From: Bdellovibrio sp.
GTDB taxonomy: Bacteria > Bdellovibrionota > Bdellovibrionia > Bdellovibrionales > Bdellovibrionaceae
Assembly: GCA_014376435.1 (NCBI GenBank)
Contig: JACMRL010000022.1
Location: forward strand, 44,634-108,633
Direction of reading: 5' to 3'
DNA length: 64,000 nt
Position 1 is the stretch's first letter; each line of letters begins with the position of its first letter. A model generated the notes under the pieces. It was not told where the DNA came from. It was given only the letters and a program-made list of their open reading frames with translations, and made no database searches. Shown in pieces: positions 51,880 through 62,817 of the stretch. The translations under genes were made by a program, and so were the position numbers.

Positions 51880-52995
51880 TTAACGATTAAAAACTTCTTT
51901 AAGTGTCGTAAATGAACGGCTGGTTTTTCCCGGATGCTTTTGCTTAAGCGCCCCGATGGTTTTGATGCGCTCTTCTGCTAAACGATCGGCCGCCGTATGG
52001 CTTCCGATATGATCGCGTTTAGCAATTTCAAAAACTTTTTTAACATTATCGTAAACTTTTTTAGTTTTATCAAAAGCACGTTCTGGCGAATAGCCTTCTA
52101 GTTCAACGAAGACATTCATTAAACCACCGGCGTTCACCACATAATCGGGAGCATATAAAATACCTAGTTCACGTAATTGATCCCCATGCCGGGCTTCGGC
52201 TAGCTGATTGTTCGCGCCGCCGGCTATGACTTTACATTTAAATTTTAAAATTGTTTCATCATTGATGATGGCGCCCATCGCACAAGGTGCTTGAATATCA
52301 CATTCAACTCCTAAAATTTGATCGGGAGCAACGATTTCAACTTTGTAAATATCGTGCGCCATTTTGACGCGTGTTTGATCAATGTCAGACACAATTACTT
52401 TTGCGCCTTCTTCAACTAAGTACTTCACTAAATTAGAACCAACATTTCCTAAACCTTGAACGGCCACGCGCATTCCTTTTAAAGAGTCAGTGCCAAACTT
52501 TTCGCTGGCCGCGGCTTTGATTCCCATAAGCACGCCGTGAGCCGTGTACGGCGATGGATCACCCGAACCACCAAAAGCTTTGGGAATGCCCGTTACCCAC
52601 GGAGTTTCCATGTAGATATTTTCCATATCGTTAACTGTCGTGCCGACGTCTTCGGCCGTGATATATTTTCCATTCAAAGAATTAACGTATTGTCCGAAAG
52701 CTCTGAATAAACCTTCAGATTTTTGCGTCTTCGGATCACCGATAATAACGGCTTTTCCGCCGCCTAAGTTAAGTCCTGCGGCCGAAGCTTTGTAAGTCAT
52801 TCCTTTTGATAAACGTAATACATCGGTTAATGCATCTTCTTCAGTTTTATAGTTCCACATACGAGTTCCGCCTAATGCGGGACCCAGAGCGGTATTGTGA
52901 ATTGCGATAATGGCTTTAAGGCCTACGTTTTTATCGTGGCAAAAAAGCACTGTTTCGTGGTCACCGTGTTTTTCAATCATTTCAAATGGACCCAT
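51880..52995 (-). CDS. Glu/Leu/Phe/Val dehydrogenase family, leucine-dehydrogenase-like
   Basis: 371 aa. Contains [20 protein letters not shown], the catalytic Lys motif [12 protein letters not shown] and the NAD fold GLGNVG. Confidence 0.85.
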   Translation of the reverse strand: MGPFEMIEKHGDHETVLFCHDKNVGLKAIIAIHNTALGPALGGTRMWNYKTEEDALTDVLRLSKGMTYKASAAGLNLGGGKAVIIGDPKTQKSEGLFRAFGQYVNSLNGKYITAEDVGTTVNDMENIYMETPWVTGIPKAFGGSGDPSPYTAHGVLMGIKAAASEKFGTDSLKGMRVAVQGLGNVGSNLVKYLVEEGAKVIVSDIDQTRVKMAHDIYKVEIVAPDQILGVECDIQAPCAMGAIINDETILKFKCKVIAGGANNQLAEARHGDQLRELGILYAPDYVVNAGGLMNVFVELEGYSPERAFDKTKKVYDNVKKVFEIAKRDHIGSHTAADRLAEERIKTIGALKQKHPGKTSRSFTTLKEVFNR

Positions 52996-53122
52996 TCAAT
53001 CTCCTGCGTAAGCTCTTTAGATAAAGCCCATAAAAACTTTGTAAACTATAGAGGTAAATTGTTGTCACTTTTAGAGTAAAAGACCAGCGGTTACACTTCG
53101 CGCTACAAAGCCGTTGCCAAGG

Positions 53123-53611
53123 CTATTTAAGCTTGGGAGCTTTTATTGTCAGATCTTGTATTTCAAGCTTGAGTTTTTTGATTTTCTCGCTGAAAAACGA
53201 AAGTTCAGTGGTTTGAATGTCGCTTTTAAGCTCCATAAAAAATCGGTGAGGTTTTAATTGTATTTTTTGCCCTTGGACCAGGCAACTTAAATCCATCCAA
53301 ACTTCGACCATTTTCTTTTGATTATAGAGAACTTCGCGGAAAGTTGATTTGTTTTCGCAAACCGGAGTGGGGCTGACGGCGGCTCCTAAAAGTAAATCAC
53401 CCAGAGTACCGTCGAATTGATAAGCTTCGGTTAGATCACCCGTCATGTTCATTTTTAACGAGATGGATCTAGTTAAACCGCGCACTGGTTTTTGCGTTTT
53501 GTTAGCAGATTTGGCTTTGACAGAAAGCGAAAAAGTCGTAACTGAAAGCAGCGCTAAAATAAAAAAAGGACTTATTTTACTAAGTCCTTTTCGTATGAAA
53601 AATGGAGTCAT
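53123..53611 (-). CDS. secreted hypothetical protein
   Basis: 162 aa with a signal peptide. Confidence 0.45.
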   Translation of the reverse strand: MTPFFIRKGLSKISPFFILALLSVTTFSLSVKAKSANKTQKPVRGLTRSISLKMNMTGDLTEAYQFDGTLGDLLLGAAVSPTPVCENKSTFREVLYNQKKMVEVWMDLSCLVQGQKIQLKPHRFFMELKSDIQTTELSFFSEKIKKLKLEIQDLTIKAPKLK

Positions 53612-53620
53612 TAACCTTAA

Positions 53621-53941
53621 TTATTGAGCGTTAGAGATCTCTTCGGCAAGTCTTTTTTGTTGAACTTGCTCAGAAACGCGGAAGTGTTGTTTCTCTTTTG
53701 CGAATGTTAACATTGTTTTATTAGTACGCACGTTCACTGTTTCGTCAGTATTATCGACGATAAATTTTTGCTCAGTTTCTTTTTTAACCGCCAAGCGAGC
53801 GATTTCAAGATTGGTATTTAGGTTCGTGTGCAAGTCAGCCTGCGCCTTATTGTTTTCAACGATCAAAGTATTGAAATCAGCTACTTTAGCTTGTGAAGTT
53901 ACTGTCATTAAAAGGGCCGCTAAGATAATCATTGTTTTCAT
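53621..53941 (-). CDS. small secreted hypothetical protein
   Basis: ATG at 53941 preceded by GGAG gives the signal peptide MKTMIILAALLMTVTSQA. The track's upstream extension to 53986 is unlikely. Confidence 0.5.
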   Translation of the reverse strand: MKTMIILAALLMTVTSQAKVADFNTLIVENNKAQADLHTNLNTNLEIARLAVKKETEQKFIVDNTDETVNVRTNKTMLTFAKEKQHFRVSEQVQQKRLAEEISNAQ

Positions 53942-54120
53942 AAGATCTCCTGTTGCTAGATAGTAATGCACACAGAAGGCCAACAATACTTGGCTCTAAT
54001 GAAATATAAGCCCGGTTCAGTGTCTCAGTTTGAGAGGATATCTAAAGAAAAAATAACAGCTGACTAGTGTTTAAACAGTCGTGACATTCCCCTAACAAAT
54101 AGAGTAAGTTCGGTCCCAAT

Positions 54121-54717
54121 ATGCAGCAACTTTTTGCAACTCAAATCTATCAAAAGAAAATCCAGTTTGATTTAAAAGATCTGGCTAAAGAAATTCACCA
54201 AATAAGCACAGCCGATGTCGCCGGTCAGAAATGGTCATCTAAAAATTATCAAAATGGATACACTTCATATGGTTCATGGGACCAAATGCATAAGATGTCT
54301 TCGACCTTCCGTGATCTAGAAAAAAAAATTGATAAACATGTTCAAGCTCTCATTAAAAATCTCGATTTCGAGATCGATAAAAAAGCTTTAAAGATGGATT
54401 CATGCTGGGTGAATATCATGCCTCCGGGTGCGCAACATACGTCTCATTTACATCCAAATTCGGTCATTAGCGGAACTTTCTACGTTGCTATACCCGCTAA
54501 ATCCAGTGCAATCAAATTTGAAGATCCCCGTCTAGGCCTTTTTATGAATGCACCGACAGTGAAACTAAGTGGTCGTAAAGAGAATCAGCGATTTTTCTCG
54601 TTAGATCCGAAAGCTGGTGATGTCGTTTTATTTGAAAGCTGGCTCAAGCACGAAGTGCCGCGTAATGAATCGAAAAAACCTAGAATCAGCGTGAGTTTTA
54701 ATTACGGATGGAACTAA
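54121..54717 (+). CDS. putative 2OG-Fe(II) oxygenase-like protein (TIGR02466-type)
   Basis: 198 aa. H-x-H in HTSHLHPNSVISGTFYV and the C-terminal FESWLKHEVPRN...RISVSFN match my recollection of that family. Confidence 0.5.
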   Translation: MQQLFATQIYQKKIQFDLKDLAKEIHQISTADVAGQKWSSKNYQNGYTSYGSWDQMHKMSSTFRDLEKKIDKHVQALIKNLDFEIDKKALKMDSCWVNIMPPGAQHTSHLHPNSVISGTFYVAIPAKSSAIKFEDPRLGLFMNAPTVKLSGRKENQRFFSLDPKAGDVVLFESWLKHEVPRNESKKPRISVSFNYGWN

Positions 54718-55436
54718 AAAATCTAGATTTTAAATTTTCTAGCGACGCAAATTTAAAAAACTTATTCCAAAATTTAAATCTACAGATCTTTCCCGGACAA
54801 ATAACAACCCTATTAGGCCCGTCGGGTAGTGGTAAATCCACACTACTTAGAATTTTAGCGGGATTACAAAAAATTTCAGATCAAAGTTCCTATATCGTTC
54901 AAAGATTTCAAACTGAGTCTTTTGTTTTTCAAGAGGCTACTTTGTTAAACTGGAGATTTGGATATAAAAATATTATGTTACCCTTAGAGCTTGATCATCA
55001 AAAAGTAATTGATCAAAACTACTTTGAACAAATTGTGCAGATATTAAAAATTAAAGACATTCTTCATTTGTACCCGTATCAACTTTCGGGCGGGCAAAAA
55101 ATGCGTATATCGATCGCACGGGCTTTGGTGACAAAGCCTGATGTAATCTTTATGGATGAACCCTTTTCGGCGCTCGACGAGCCTACCCGCCTAGATCTAC
55201 AAGATGAACTTTTGCAGATTCAAGCCCGTTTGAAAATGACGATTATCTTTGTGACGCATTCATTTTATGAGTCCGTTTATTTAGCTGACCGGATTGTGAT
55301 TTTATCTAACGAAAAGCCAAGTCGAATTGTCTATGATCAAGTTCATAATAAAAATTTTGTAAGTCGGTTTGAAGCAAATTACCAAAGTAAAGTTCAAGAG
55401 ATTGCAGAGATTTTTAAAAAAAGCCAAACCGTATGA
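54708..55436 (+). CDS. ABC transporter ATP-binding protein (NitT/TauT-type)
   Basis: Walker A GPSGSGKST, signature LSGGQKMR and Walker B IFMDEP. Confidence 0.85.
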   Translation: MELKNLDFKFSSDANLKNLFQNLNLQIFPGQITTLLGPSGSGKSTLLRILAGLQKISDQSSYIVQRFQTESFVFQEATLLNWRFGYKNIMLPLELDHQKVIDQNYFEQIVQILKIKDILHLYPYQLSGGQKMRISIARALVTKPDVIFMDEPFSALDEPTRLDLQDELLQIQARLKMTIIFVTHSFYESVYLADRIVILSNEKPSRIVYDQVHNKNFVSRFEANYQSKVQEIAEIFKKSQTV

Positions 55437-56185
55437 GAAAAAATACTTCCAACACGCTTATTTTTTTAATCTACATCAGCTTTTTTACGATCATTGAGTG
55501 CGTGGTTCGTCGTGATTTAATTTCGAATGCTCTCGTCCCAAAACCAACCGATTTATTTGTTTTATTTTGGCAGCAAAAAGAAGTATTATTTTTTGCTTTC
55601 TGGCAAACTTTTTACTTATCGCTGAGCGCATTTGTTTTTGCGGGATTTTTCGCGTTTATCTTAGGAATTATTTTACATCAATTCGTATTTGCGCAAAAAA
55701 CTTTGATGCCTTTTGCTCTTTTTCTTCAGACGGTCCCAATTATTGCATTAGCTCCGCTTTTAGTTATTTATTTAGGGTTTAGTTCGCTGACAACTTTTAT
55801 CGCGGGCGTGATTGTCTGCTTTTTTCCAGTTTTAATATCAACTTTGTCAGGTTTAGAACGCGTCAGCATCAACCAAGAGGAACTTTTATCTTTTTTAAAA
55901 GCTTCAGGTTTTCAAAAACTGATCTATTTAAAAATTCCCGTCGCGATGCCAAGTGTTCTGTCAGGCTTAAAAACTTCGGCGGGGCTTGCCGTGATCGGTG
56001 TTGTATCTGGCGAATTTTTAGTCGGCGGTGGATTAGGTGCGTTGATCGATTCGTCTAGATTACAACAGCGGGTTGATTTTGTCTTTGCTAGCCTGATTTT
56101 ACTTTCCATTTTGGGTCTTTTTCTGATGCAGTCAGTTGAGTACATTTTTAATCTTTTATTGAAAAAATATCTAGTGAGGTCTTAA
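55433..56185 (+). CDS. ABC transporter permease
   Basis: 250 aa with about 6 TM helices. ATGA-type overlap with the ATPase gene. Confidence 0.75.
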   Translation: MRKNTSNTLIFLIYISFFTIIECVVRRDLISNALVPKPTDLFVLFWQQKEVLFFAFWQTFYLSLSAFVFAGFFAFILGIILHQFVFAQKTLMPFALFLQTVPIIALAPLLVIYLGFSSLTTFIAGVIVCFFPVLISTLSGLERVSINQEELLSFLKASGFQKLIYLKIPVAMPSVLSGLKTSAGLAVIGVVSGEFLVGGGLGALIDSSRLQQRVDFVFASLILLSILGLFLMQSVEYIFNLLLKKYLVRS

Positions 56186-56186
56186 C

Positions 56187-57116
56187 GTGAAATTACTTTT
56201 AGGTTTAACAACCGCAACATTTTTTTTATATTCAAGCATATTATTAGCCGATACGAAATTAGCTCTGAACTGGAAAGAAGAACCTGAATTTGGCGGGTTT
56301 TACGAAGCTTTGCCTTTTTATAAAAAACAAAACTTAAACATTACAATCCAAGTAGGCGGTTCAGGAACTCCGACAACACAAATGCTGATGAATTCGGTAG
56401 TTGATTATGCCATCGTCAGCGCCGAAGAAATTATTCTAAGCGCTGATCGCGATCCAAAAAGAAAGTTAGTAGCGATATTTGCCGTATTTGAAACTTCACC
56501 GTACATGATTATGGCCCATGAAAATTTTAAGGGGAAAAGTTTAGCCACTCTTTTTCAAGACAGCACCCAGACCATTAGTCTGCAAAAAGGTTTACCTTAC
56601 GTTGATTATCTTTTAAAAAAATTCGCGCCAGTGAAGGCCCAAATCGTCCCTTACACTGGCGGTATTTCTCTATTCCAATCGAATTTAAAAATCTCACAGC
56701 AAGGCTTTATTACTTCTGAAGCAATCTTAGCCGACCAGCAAAAACTTAAAAACAAAACTTGGTTGGTGGCCGATGAAGGTTTTAATCCGTACTTGGCCGT
56801 CTTGGCCGTCCGCGAAGATTACTTAAAAAACAATCGCGCTGCGGTTAAAAAAATGGTCGAAGCGACCCGCGAGGGCTGGTTGCTGTATCTAAAAAACCCA
56901 CAAGCCACAAATCTTCTGATGAGCCAGAAAAATCCAGCCATGAGCTTACAAACCATGAATTTAAGTCTCGAGAAAATGAAAAGCCTGATGAAATTTGAGC
57001 CTTTACTTTTGGGTCAGATGAAAGCTGAACGCTGGCAGACGCTGCAGCAGCAAATGTTTGAGCTGAAGCTGATTAAAAAGACTTCGCGCACCGAAGAACT
57101 TTTTCAAAATTTTTAA
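56187..57116 (+). CDS. ABC transporter periplasmic substrate-binding protein (NMT1/SsuA-like)
   Basis: GTG start 1 nt after the permease stop, with a signal peptide. The operon position supports the call, but the family call is weak. Confidence 0.55.
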   Translation: MKLLLGLTTATFFLYSSILLADTKLALNWKEEPEFGGFYEALPFYKKQNLNITIQVGGSGTPTTQMLMNSVVDYAIVSAEEIILSADRDPKRKLVAIFAVFETSPYMIMAHENFKGKSLATLFQDSTQTISLQKGLPYVDYLLKKFAPVKAQIVPYTGGISLFQSNLKISQQGFITSEAILADQQKLKNKTWLVADEGFNPYLAVLAVREDYLKNNRAAVKKMVEATREGWLLYLKNPQATNLLMSQKNPAMSLQTMNLSLEKMKSLMKFEPLLLGQMKAERWQTLQQQMFELKLIKKTSRTEELFQNF

Positions 57117-57132
57117 TAAATTTTAAAAGTCT

Positions 57133-57161
57133 TTGACGCTTTTTCTCTCAGTTGCTAAATC
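57133..57161 (+). promoter_or_regulatory. candidate sigma70-type promoter for yceD-rpmF-fab
   Basis: TTGACG (57133..57138), a 17-nt spacer, then TAAATC (57156..57161). It would give a very short leader before the ATG at 57171. Confidence 0.3.
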
Positions 57162-57170
57162 TAGCCGACT

Positions 57171-57725
57171 ATGAAAATCCGTCTAAATGAAATCCCTGAA
57201 GAAGGCCGTGAATATATTCTTAACCGTAAAACGGCTGAGCTTAACTTAGCATTAGAAGATCTGATCAAGAATCTTCCGTACGACGTTAAAATCTACATTA
57301 AGCCGATCAATACCAAAGACTTTGAAATGACCGGCACGATCAGGGCTACGACCAGTGAAGACTGCTCACGTTGCGGAATCGACTTTGATTATTCGATTGA
57401 TAAGAAAATTCACGAAATTTTGATCCCTTTTATGGAAGATGACCGCACCAGCCAGTACGCCCGCTCTTCAACGCCCATCAGCGAAGAATCTAGCGCTATG
57501 TCCGTGATCAACTACAAAAGTAGCCAAATTGACTTAGGCGACTACGTTCATGAAGCAATCGCTTTAGACATTCCGTTTAACCCTGCGCCCTCTTGTACGA
57601 AATCGGGCGAATGTACGCTTTGCCATAAAAACTTCGGTAATCAGCCCTTTATTTATGATGAGAAAATGGGCGAAGAGGCAAAACCCAATCCTTTTAAGGC
57701 GCTTAAAGATCTCAAGCTGAATTAG
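57171..57725 (+). CDS. yceD: YceD/DUF177 family protein
   Basis: 184 aa with Cys pairs CSRC...C...C. The conserved position upstream of rpmF supports the call. Confidence 0.75.
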   Translation: MKIRLNEIPEEGREYILNRKTAELNLALEDLIKNLPYDVKIYIKPINTKDFEMTGTIRATTSEDCSRCGIDFDYSIDKKIHEILIPFMEDDRTSQYARSSTPISEESSAMSVINYKSSQIDLGDYVHEAIALDIPFNPAPSCTKSGECTLCHKNFGNQPFIYDEKMGEEAKPNPFKALKDLKLN

Positions 57726-57808
57726 GCGTTGATTTTCGATTTACTCTGAAGCATAGTTTTAATCTTTTTAGTTAAAGATTAAGTTAATGAATATCCCTGG
57801 AGGATAAG

Positions 57809-58003
57809 ATGCCTACACCGAAGAAAAAGACCTCGAAATCGCGCCGCGACATGAGACGTTCTCACGATGCTTTAACCGCTCCAGCAATGGCTGTTGATAA
57901 AAAATCTGGCGAATTAGTTCGTCCGCATGTTGCATTTAAAGCCGCGGATGGCGCCCTTTACTACAAAGGCAAACAAATCAGCGCAGCTAAATCAAAAGCG
58001 TAA
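57809..58003 (+). CDS. rpmF: 50S ribosomal protein L32
   Basis: [22 protein letters not shown] is the canonical L32 N-terminus. GGAGG RBS. Confidence 0.9.
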   Translation: MPTPKKKTSKSRRDMRRSHDALTAPAMAVDKKSGELVRPHVAFKAADGALYYKGKQISAAKSKA

Positions 58004-58006
58004 TCT

Positions 58007-58993
58007 ATGTTTCGTTCAAAAGTCGCAGGCGTAGGATCTTTTTTACCTGAAAAAGTAATTACGAATTTCGATTTAGAAAAAATGGTCGAAACCTCAAGCG
58101 AGTGGATTATCCAACGTACGGGGATTGAGCGTCGCCATATGGTTGACGAGAATGAAGGAACTTCTGATATGTGTGTGCGCGCAGGCAACAAAGCCTTAGC
58201 CCATGCAGGTATGACAGTTGATCAAATCGACCTTATTATTGTTTGTACTTTAACCCCCGACTACAAAATGCCGGCCGCTGCTTGTCTAGTTCAAGCGAAG
58301 CTTGGTGCTAGAAATATTATGTCGTTTGATTTAAACGCTGCATGTTCTGGTTTTGTCTACGGTCTATTTGTGGCCGATCAATTTATAAAAACCGGCGTCT
58401 ACAAAAACGTCATGGTGTTCGGCGCCGAAAATCTAACTCGTTTATTAAATTACAAAGACCGCGACACCTGCATTCTATTTGGTGATGCCGCCGGTTGCTT
58501 TATCATGACACGCGCCGAAGAAAATGATCCAAATTATTTAATGACGGCGCACGCCCATGCCGAAGGTTCCTTAGCTGAATTACTTTGGGCTAAAGGCGGC
58601 GGCACGAGGTATCCATTTTCGCAAGAAGTTTGGGATACGGGTTCGCACTATATGCAAATGAAGGGTAAAGAGATTTTTAAAAACGCGACTCGCACGATGG
58701 CGACTGCCTGCCACGAAGCGATGGATGCGGTAAATCTTAAACCGGACCAAATTGATTGGATCGTCCCACACCAAGCAAATATGCGAATTACTGAAGCTGT
58801 CGCTAGCCACCTTGATTTTCCGATGGAAAAAATTGTGTCGACGGTGCACGAGACGGGTAATACTTCAGCTGCCTCAATTCCGGTTGCTTTCGATATAGCG
58901 ATGCAAGATGGCCGCATCCAGCGCGGACAAACGATTTTATTAACGGCGTTTGGCGCAGGTCTTACTTCAGGTTCAGCAATCCTAAGATTTTAA
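58007..58993 (+). CDS. fabH: 3-oxoacyl-ACP synthase III
   Basis: 328 aa with active-site AACSGF, HQAN and GNTSAASIP. Confidence 0.9.
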   Translation: MFRSKVAGVGSFLPEKVITNFDLEKMVETSSEWIIQRTGIERRHMVDENEGTSDMCVRAGNKALAHAGMTVDQIDLIIVCTLTPDYKMPAAACLVQAKLGARNIMSFDLNAACSGFVYGLFVADQFIKTGVYKNVMVFGAENLTRLLNYKDRDTCILFGDAAGCFIMTRAEENDPNYLMTAHAHAEGSLAELLWAKGGGTRYPFSQEVWDTGSHYMQMKGKEIFKNATRTMATACHEAMDAVNLKPDQIDWIVPHQANMRITEAVASHLDFPMEKIVSTVHETGNTSAASIPVAFDIAMQDGRIQRGQTILLTAFGAGLTSGSAILRF

Positions 58994-59019
58994 TTACTCA
59001 TACATTACGAGGTTCATCG

Positions 59020-59982
59020 ATGATGGCATTTTTATTTCCCGGACAAGGATCTCAATCCCCTGGTATGGGAAAATTTCTTTATGACGAATTTAAAATTGCG
59101 CGCGAAACTTTTGAAGAAGCTTCGGACGCGATATCGATTAATCTAAAAAAATTATGTTTCACAGAATCTTTAGAAACTTTATCGCTGACTGAAAACACGC
59201 AACCGGCCTTATTAACGGTTTCAACTGCCACTTCTCGAGTTCTAACAAGTCAGTTTGGCGCCACTGCAAACATTACGGCGGGCCATTCAATCGGCGAATA
59301 TGCAAGCTTGGTACTTGGTCAGGTGTTTTCATTTAAAGATGCGGTTCGTGCCGTACGGGTGCGTGGGCAAGCAATGCAATCTGCGGTTCCCATTGGCGAA
59401 GGTGGCATGACAGCAACTTTAGGTTTAGACGAAGCACAAGTTACATTTCTTTGTCAGTGGGCGGTCGAAGGTTCGGGACACTCCCCGCTTTCTCCGGCTA
59501 ATTTTAATTGCGACGGGCAAATTGTGATCAGCGGAAATATGGAAACTTTAAATTGGTTAAAAACTAATTTCAAACCGGAGGTTTTACCAGGTGAACCCAC
59601 GCGAGCGAAATTAATTCCGTTGCAGGTGTCGGCACCATTTCATTGCGAGATGATGAAGCCGGCAGAAGAGAAAATACAGGATTTTTTAAGTTCGATTCTA
59701 TTTAAAGATTCTTTAATTCCGATTATTCAAAATGTGCATGCGAAAAATGAACAAGAGGCTTCGGTTTTAAAAACCAATATTGTGAAGCAAGTTTCAGCGC
59801 CGGTTCGTTGGACGCAGAGTATGAATAACTTAAAAAATCAGGGGCAAAATATTGCTATTGAAGTAGGCCACGGAACCGTCTTGAAAGGCCTGTTAAAAAA
59901 GATCGATTCGGAGTTCTTTAAAGTCTACTCTACAAACTCGGTAGAAGATTTGAAATTGATTGAAACTTTAAGCCGTAAGTAA
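59020..59982 (+). CDS. fabD: malonyl-CoA:ACP transacylase
   Basis: FLFPGQGSQ and the active-site GHSIGEY. Confidence 0.9.
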   Translation: MMAFLFPGQGSQSPGMGKFLYDEFKIARETFEEASDAISINLKKLCFTESLETLSLTENTQPALLTVSTATSRVLTSQFGATANITAGHSIGEYASLVLGQVFSFKDAVRAVRVRGQAMQSAVPIGEGGMTATLGLDEAQVTFLCQWAVEGSGHSPLSPANFNCDGQIVISGNMETLNWLKTNFKPEVLPGEPTRAKLIPLQVSAPFHCEMMKPAEEKIQDFLSSILFKDSLIPIIQNVHAKNEQEASVLKTNIVKQVSAPVRWTQSMNNLKNQGQNIAIEVGHGTVLKGLLKKIDSEFFKVYSTNSVEDLKLIETLSRK

Positions 59983-60047
59983 TGCGACGCGCTTAGGGCA
60001 TAAAAAACTTGAGCTATAACTCTAGTTCAGTCATCGTGACAAAGCTT

Positions 60048-60797
60048 ATGAATATCGTCGATTTATCTAATAAAAAATTCTTTGTAACCGGCGGAAGCCG
60101 CGGTATTGGTGCAGCCATTGTTAAAACTTTGGCCGGCGCTGGCGCCCAGGTAGCTTTTACCTATTCAACTAATCAAGCCAAGGCGGAAGAACTATTAGCT
60201 TGTTTGCCTGGTTCTGGACATAAAATTTTTCAATTAGATGTAGCTGATTCAATGGCGATCGAGAAGGTCATCGCCGAAGTGATCACCTATTTTGGCGATA
60301 TTGACGGAGTCGTTAACAACGCCGGAATAACGCGTGATCAATTATTACTTCGCATGAAATCTGAAGACTTTCGAAAAGTTATTTCGACTAATTTAACGGG
60401 AGTTTTTTCGGTAACGAAAGCTTTCAGTAGGACCATGTTAAAGTCCCGTAAAGGATCTTTCGTAAATATCTCATCAGTCATTGGTTCGGTGGGTAATGCC
60501 GGACAAGCAAACTATGCCGCCAGCAAAGGCGGCCTTGAGGCTTTTACAAAGTCTGTGGCTTTAGAATTTGCTTCACGCGGAATTCGCGCGAACTGTGTAG
60601 CACCTGGCTATATTAAAAGTGATATGACGGATGCTTTGAGTGAAGAACAGCTAAAAATGTTTACCGATAAAATTCCGTTATCACGCGCGGGCGAGGGTTT
60701 TGAAGTGGCAAATACGGTTGCCTTTTTACTAAGCGATGCGGCATCTTATATCACGGGTCAAACACTTCACGTTAATGGTGGAATGTATTTAAATTAA
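60048..60797 (+). CDS. fabG: 3-oxoacyl-ACP reductase
   Basis: ATG at 60048 ([21 protein letters not shown]). Motifs NNAG and YAASKGG. SDR family in the fab context. Confidence 0.9.
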   Translation: MNIVDLSNKKFFVTGGSRGIGAAIVKTLAGAGAQVAFTYSTNQAKAEELLACLPGSGHKIFQLDVADSMAIEKVIAEVITYFGDIDGVVNNAGITRDQLLLRMKSEDFRKVISTNLTGVFSVTKAFSRTMLKSRKGSFVNISSVIGSVGNAGQANYAASKGGLEAFTKSVALEFASRGIRANCVAPGYIKSDMTDALSEEQLKMFTDKIPLSRAGEGFEVANTVAFLLSDAASYITGQTLHVNGGMYLN

Positions 60798-60852
60798 ATT
60801 ATATATAACGTATTCGTTATTAGATTTTGAAAACATAAAAGGAGACATTAAA

Positions 60853-61089
60853 ATGTCAGTAAATCAAAAAGTAAAAGATATTATCGTTGAACAACTTGGT
60901 GTGGATCCAGAAAAAGTAAAATCAGAAGCATCTTTTATTGATGATCTTGGCGCTGACTCTTTAGATATCGTTGAATTAGTGATGGCGATGGAAGAAGAAT
61001 TCGATCTTGAAATTCCTGACGAAGACGCTGAGAAATTAAAATCAGTAAATGATGTTCAAACTTACTTAGCCTCTAAGGGTAAAGCCTAG
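60853..61089 (+). CDS. acpP: acyl carrier protein
   Basis: 78 aa with the phosphopantetheine site DLGADSLD. Confidence 0.95.
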   Translation: MSVNQKVKDIIVEQLGVDPEKVKSEASFIDDLGADSLDIVELVMAMEEEFDLEIPDEDAEKLKSVNDVQTYLASKGKA

Positions 61090-61091
61090 TC

Positions 61092-62363
61092 TTGGCCCCT
61101 TCTTTTGTTCGACAGAACGGTCAAAAGCGTGTCGTGATTACAGGAATCGGAGCGATTTCTCCTTTGGGGAATTCGCTCAGCGAATCTTGGCAGGCAGCCT
61201 TAAATGGCAAGTCTGGTATCGCGAACATCACGCATTTTGATACCACGGCTTTCGATGTGAAATTCGCAGGAGAAGTGAAAAGCTTTGAGGCTGATCTTTA
61301 CATTGAAAAAAAAGAACAAAAGAAAATGGATCTTTTCATTCAGTATGCGTTAGCCACGGCAAAGATGGCTTTTGAACAATCGGGATTAACAATCACCGAA
61401 GAAAATACTCACCGTACCGGGGTTTTTATTGGTTCAGGGATGGGTGGTCTTCCGTTTATCGAAGAACAACATTCTAAATTAATTGAAAAAGGCCCGGGCC
61501 GAGTGTCGCCGTTTTTTATTCCCTCGGTGATTACAAATTTAGCTCCGGGCTGGGTCTCGATGCAGCACAAAATTAAAGGACCGAATTTTACGATTACATC
61601 TGCCTGTGCGACCGGAGTTCACTCACTTGGTGAAGCTTACAATTACATTCGCTTTGGCTTAGCCGATCAAATGGTGGCCGGCGGAACGGAATCAGCAGTA
61701 AGCCCAATGGCGATTGCGGGATTTAGCAATATGCGCGCGTTATCCACTCGTAACGATGCACCTAGGGAAGCGTCTCGTCCGTGGGACAAAGACCGCGATG
61801 GCTTTGTTCTGGGTGAAGGTGCTGCTACTTTTATTTTAGAATCTTTAGAATCCGCAACCAAACGCGGAGCCAATATTTTATGTGAATTAACGGGCTACGG
61901 TGCTTCGTCGGACGCCTACCACATTACTTCACCGGATCCTGAGGGTGCAGGTTTTGTCTCAGCGATGAATTCAGCCATTAAAGATGCAGGAATTAATCCA
62001 GAAGATATTCAGTATATCAATGCGCATGGAACAAGTACGCCGATGGGTGATCCATTAGAATCTTTAGCGGTGAAAAAAATCATGAAAGACAATGCAAAAA
62101 AAGTTTGGATCTCGTCGACAAAATCGATGACCGGTCACTTACTAGGTGCCGCGGGGGCGATAGAATCTGCTTTTTGTGTGATGTCTTTAGTTGATCAAAA
62201 AGTTGCGCCGACAATTAATTTACATCATCCAAGCCCTGGATGTGATTTAGATTATGTTCCGTTAACTGCGCGTGATGGAAAATTAAAGCACGTGATGAAT
62301 AATTCTTTTGGTTTTGGTGGCACGAACTCTTGTATTATCTTTTCAAAATTTGAGGCTTTATGA
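61092..62363 (+). CDS. fabF: 3-oxoacyl-ACP synthase II
   Basis: No in-frame ATG lies near the N-terminus, so a TTG start is inferred. Motifs SACATG, HGTSTP and GHLLGAAG. Confidence 0.9.
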   Translation: MAPSFVRQNGQKRVVITGIGAISPLGNSLSESWQAALNGKSGIANITHFDTTAFDVKFAGEVKSFEADLYIEKKEQKKMDLFIQYALATAKMAFEQSGLTITEENTHRTGVFIGSGMGGLPFIEEQHSKLIEKGPGRVSPFFIPSVITNLAPGWVSMQHKIKGPNFTITSACATGVHSLGEAYNYIRFGLADQMVAGGTESAVSPMAIAGFSNMRALSTRNDAPREASRPWDKDRDGFVLGEGAATFILESLESATKRGANILCELTGYGASSDAYHITSPDPEGAGFVSAMNSAIKDAGINPEDIQYINAHGTSTPMGDPLESLAVKKIMKDNAKKVWISSTKSMTGHLLGAAGAIESAFCVMSLVDQKVAPTINLHHPSPGCDLDYVPLTARDGKLKHVMNNSFGFGGTNSCIIFSKFEAL

Positions 62364-62809
62364 AAATTTTAATCGCTTCTGATCACGCGGGTCTTGAGTT
62401 AAAAAATCAAATTGCCGAAGCGCTTAGAAAAACGGATGCAGTCGAAGACTTTGGACCTTTTAATTCAGATTCAGTTGATTACCCCGATTATGCCGATTTT
62501 GTTTGTCGTAGAATCCAGTCAGACGATGCTTCTGCTAAACTAACGGCGTTCGGAATTTTAATTTGCGGCTCTGGGCAGGGCATGGCACTTCGTGCGAATA
62601 AATACCCATTTGTTCGGGCGGCCTTAGTTTACAGTGATGAAATTACGCAAATGGCTCGTGAGCATAACAATGCAAACATTATTTGCATTGGTGCCCGCTT
62701 CACAGATTTTGAAAAAGCCTTAAAATGGGTGCAAATCTTTAAACAAACGGCTTTTGCAGGTGGTCGCCATCAAACGAGAGTTGCTAAAATTCATTCTTCC
62801 ATCCCATAA
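62360..62809 (+). CDS. rpiB: ribose-5-phosphate isomerase B
   Basis: [15 protein letters not shown] and ICGSGQGM. 149 aa. Confidence 0.85.
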   Translation: MKILIASDHAGLELKNQIAEALRKTDAVEDFGPFNSDSVDYPDYADFVCRRIQSDDASAKLTAFGILICGSGQGMALRANKYPFVRAALVYSDEITQMAREHNNANIICIGARFTDFEKALKWVQIFKQTAFAGGRHQTRVAKIHSSIP

Positions 62810-62817
62810 TAAGGGAC

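Noticed and set aside
54011-54093. TPP-riboswitch-like words (AGGGGAA … CUGAGA … UGAACC) on the minus strand upstream of the 53941 gene
   Set aside because: The spacing between GGGG and CUGAGA is too long, at about 65 nt. No ACCC segment follows CUGAGA to close P2. The P4/P5 consensus (CUGAUCUGGAUAAUGCCAGCG) is absent, and the downstream gene is a small secreted orphan rather than a thiamine gene.
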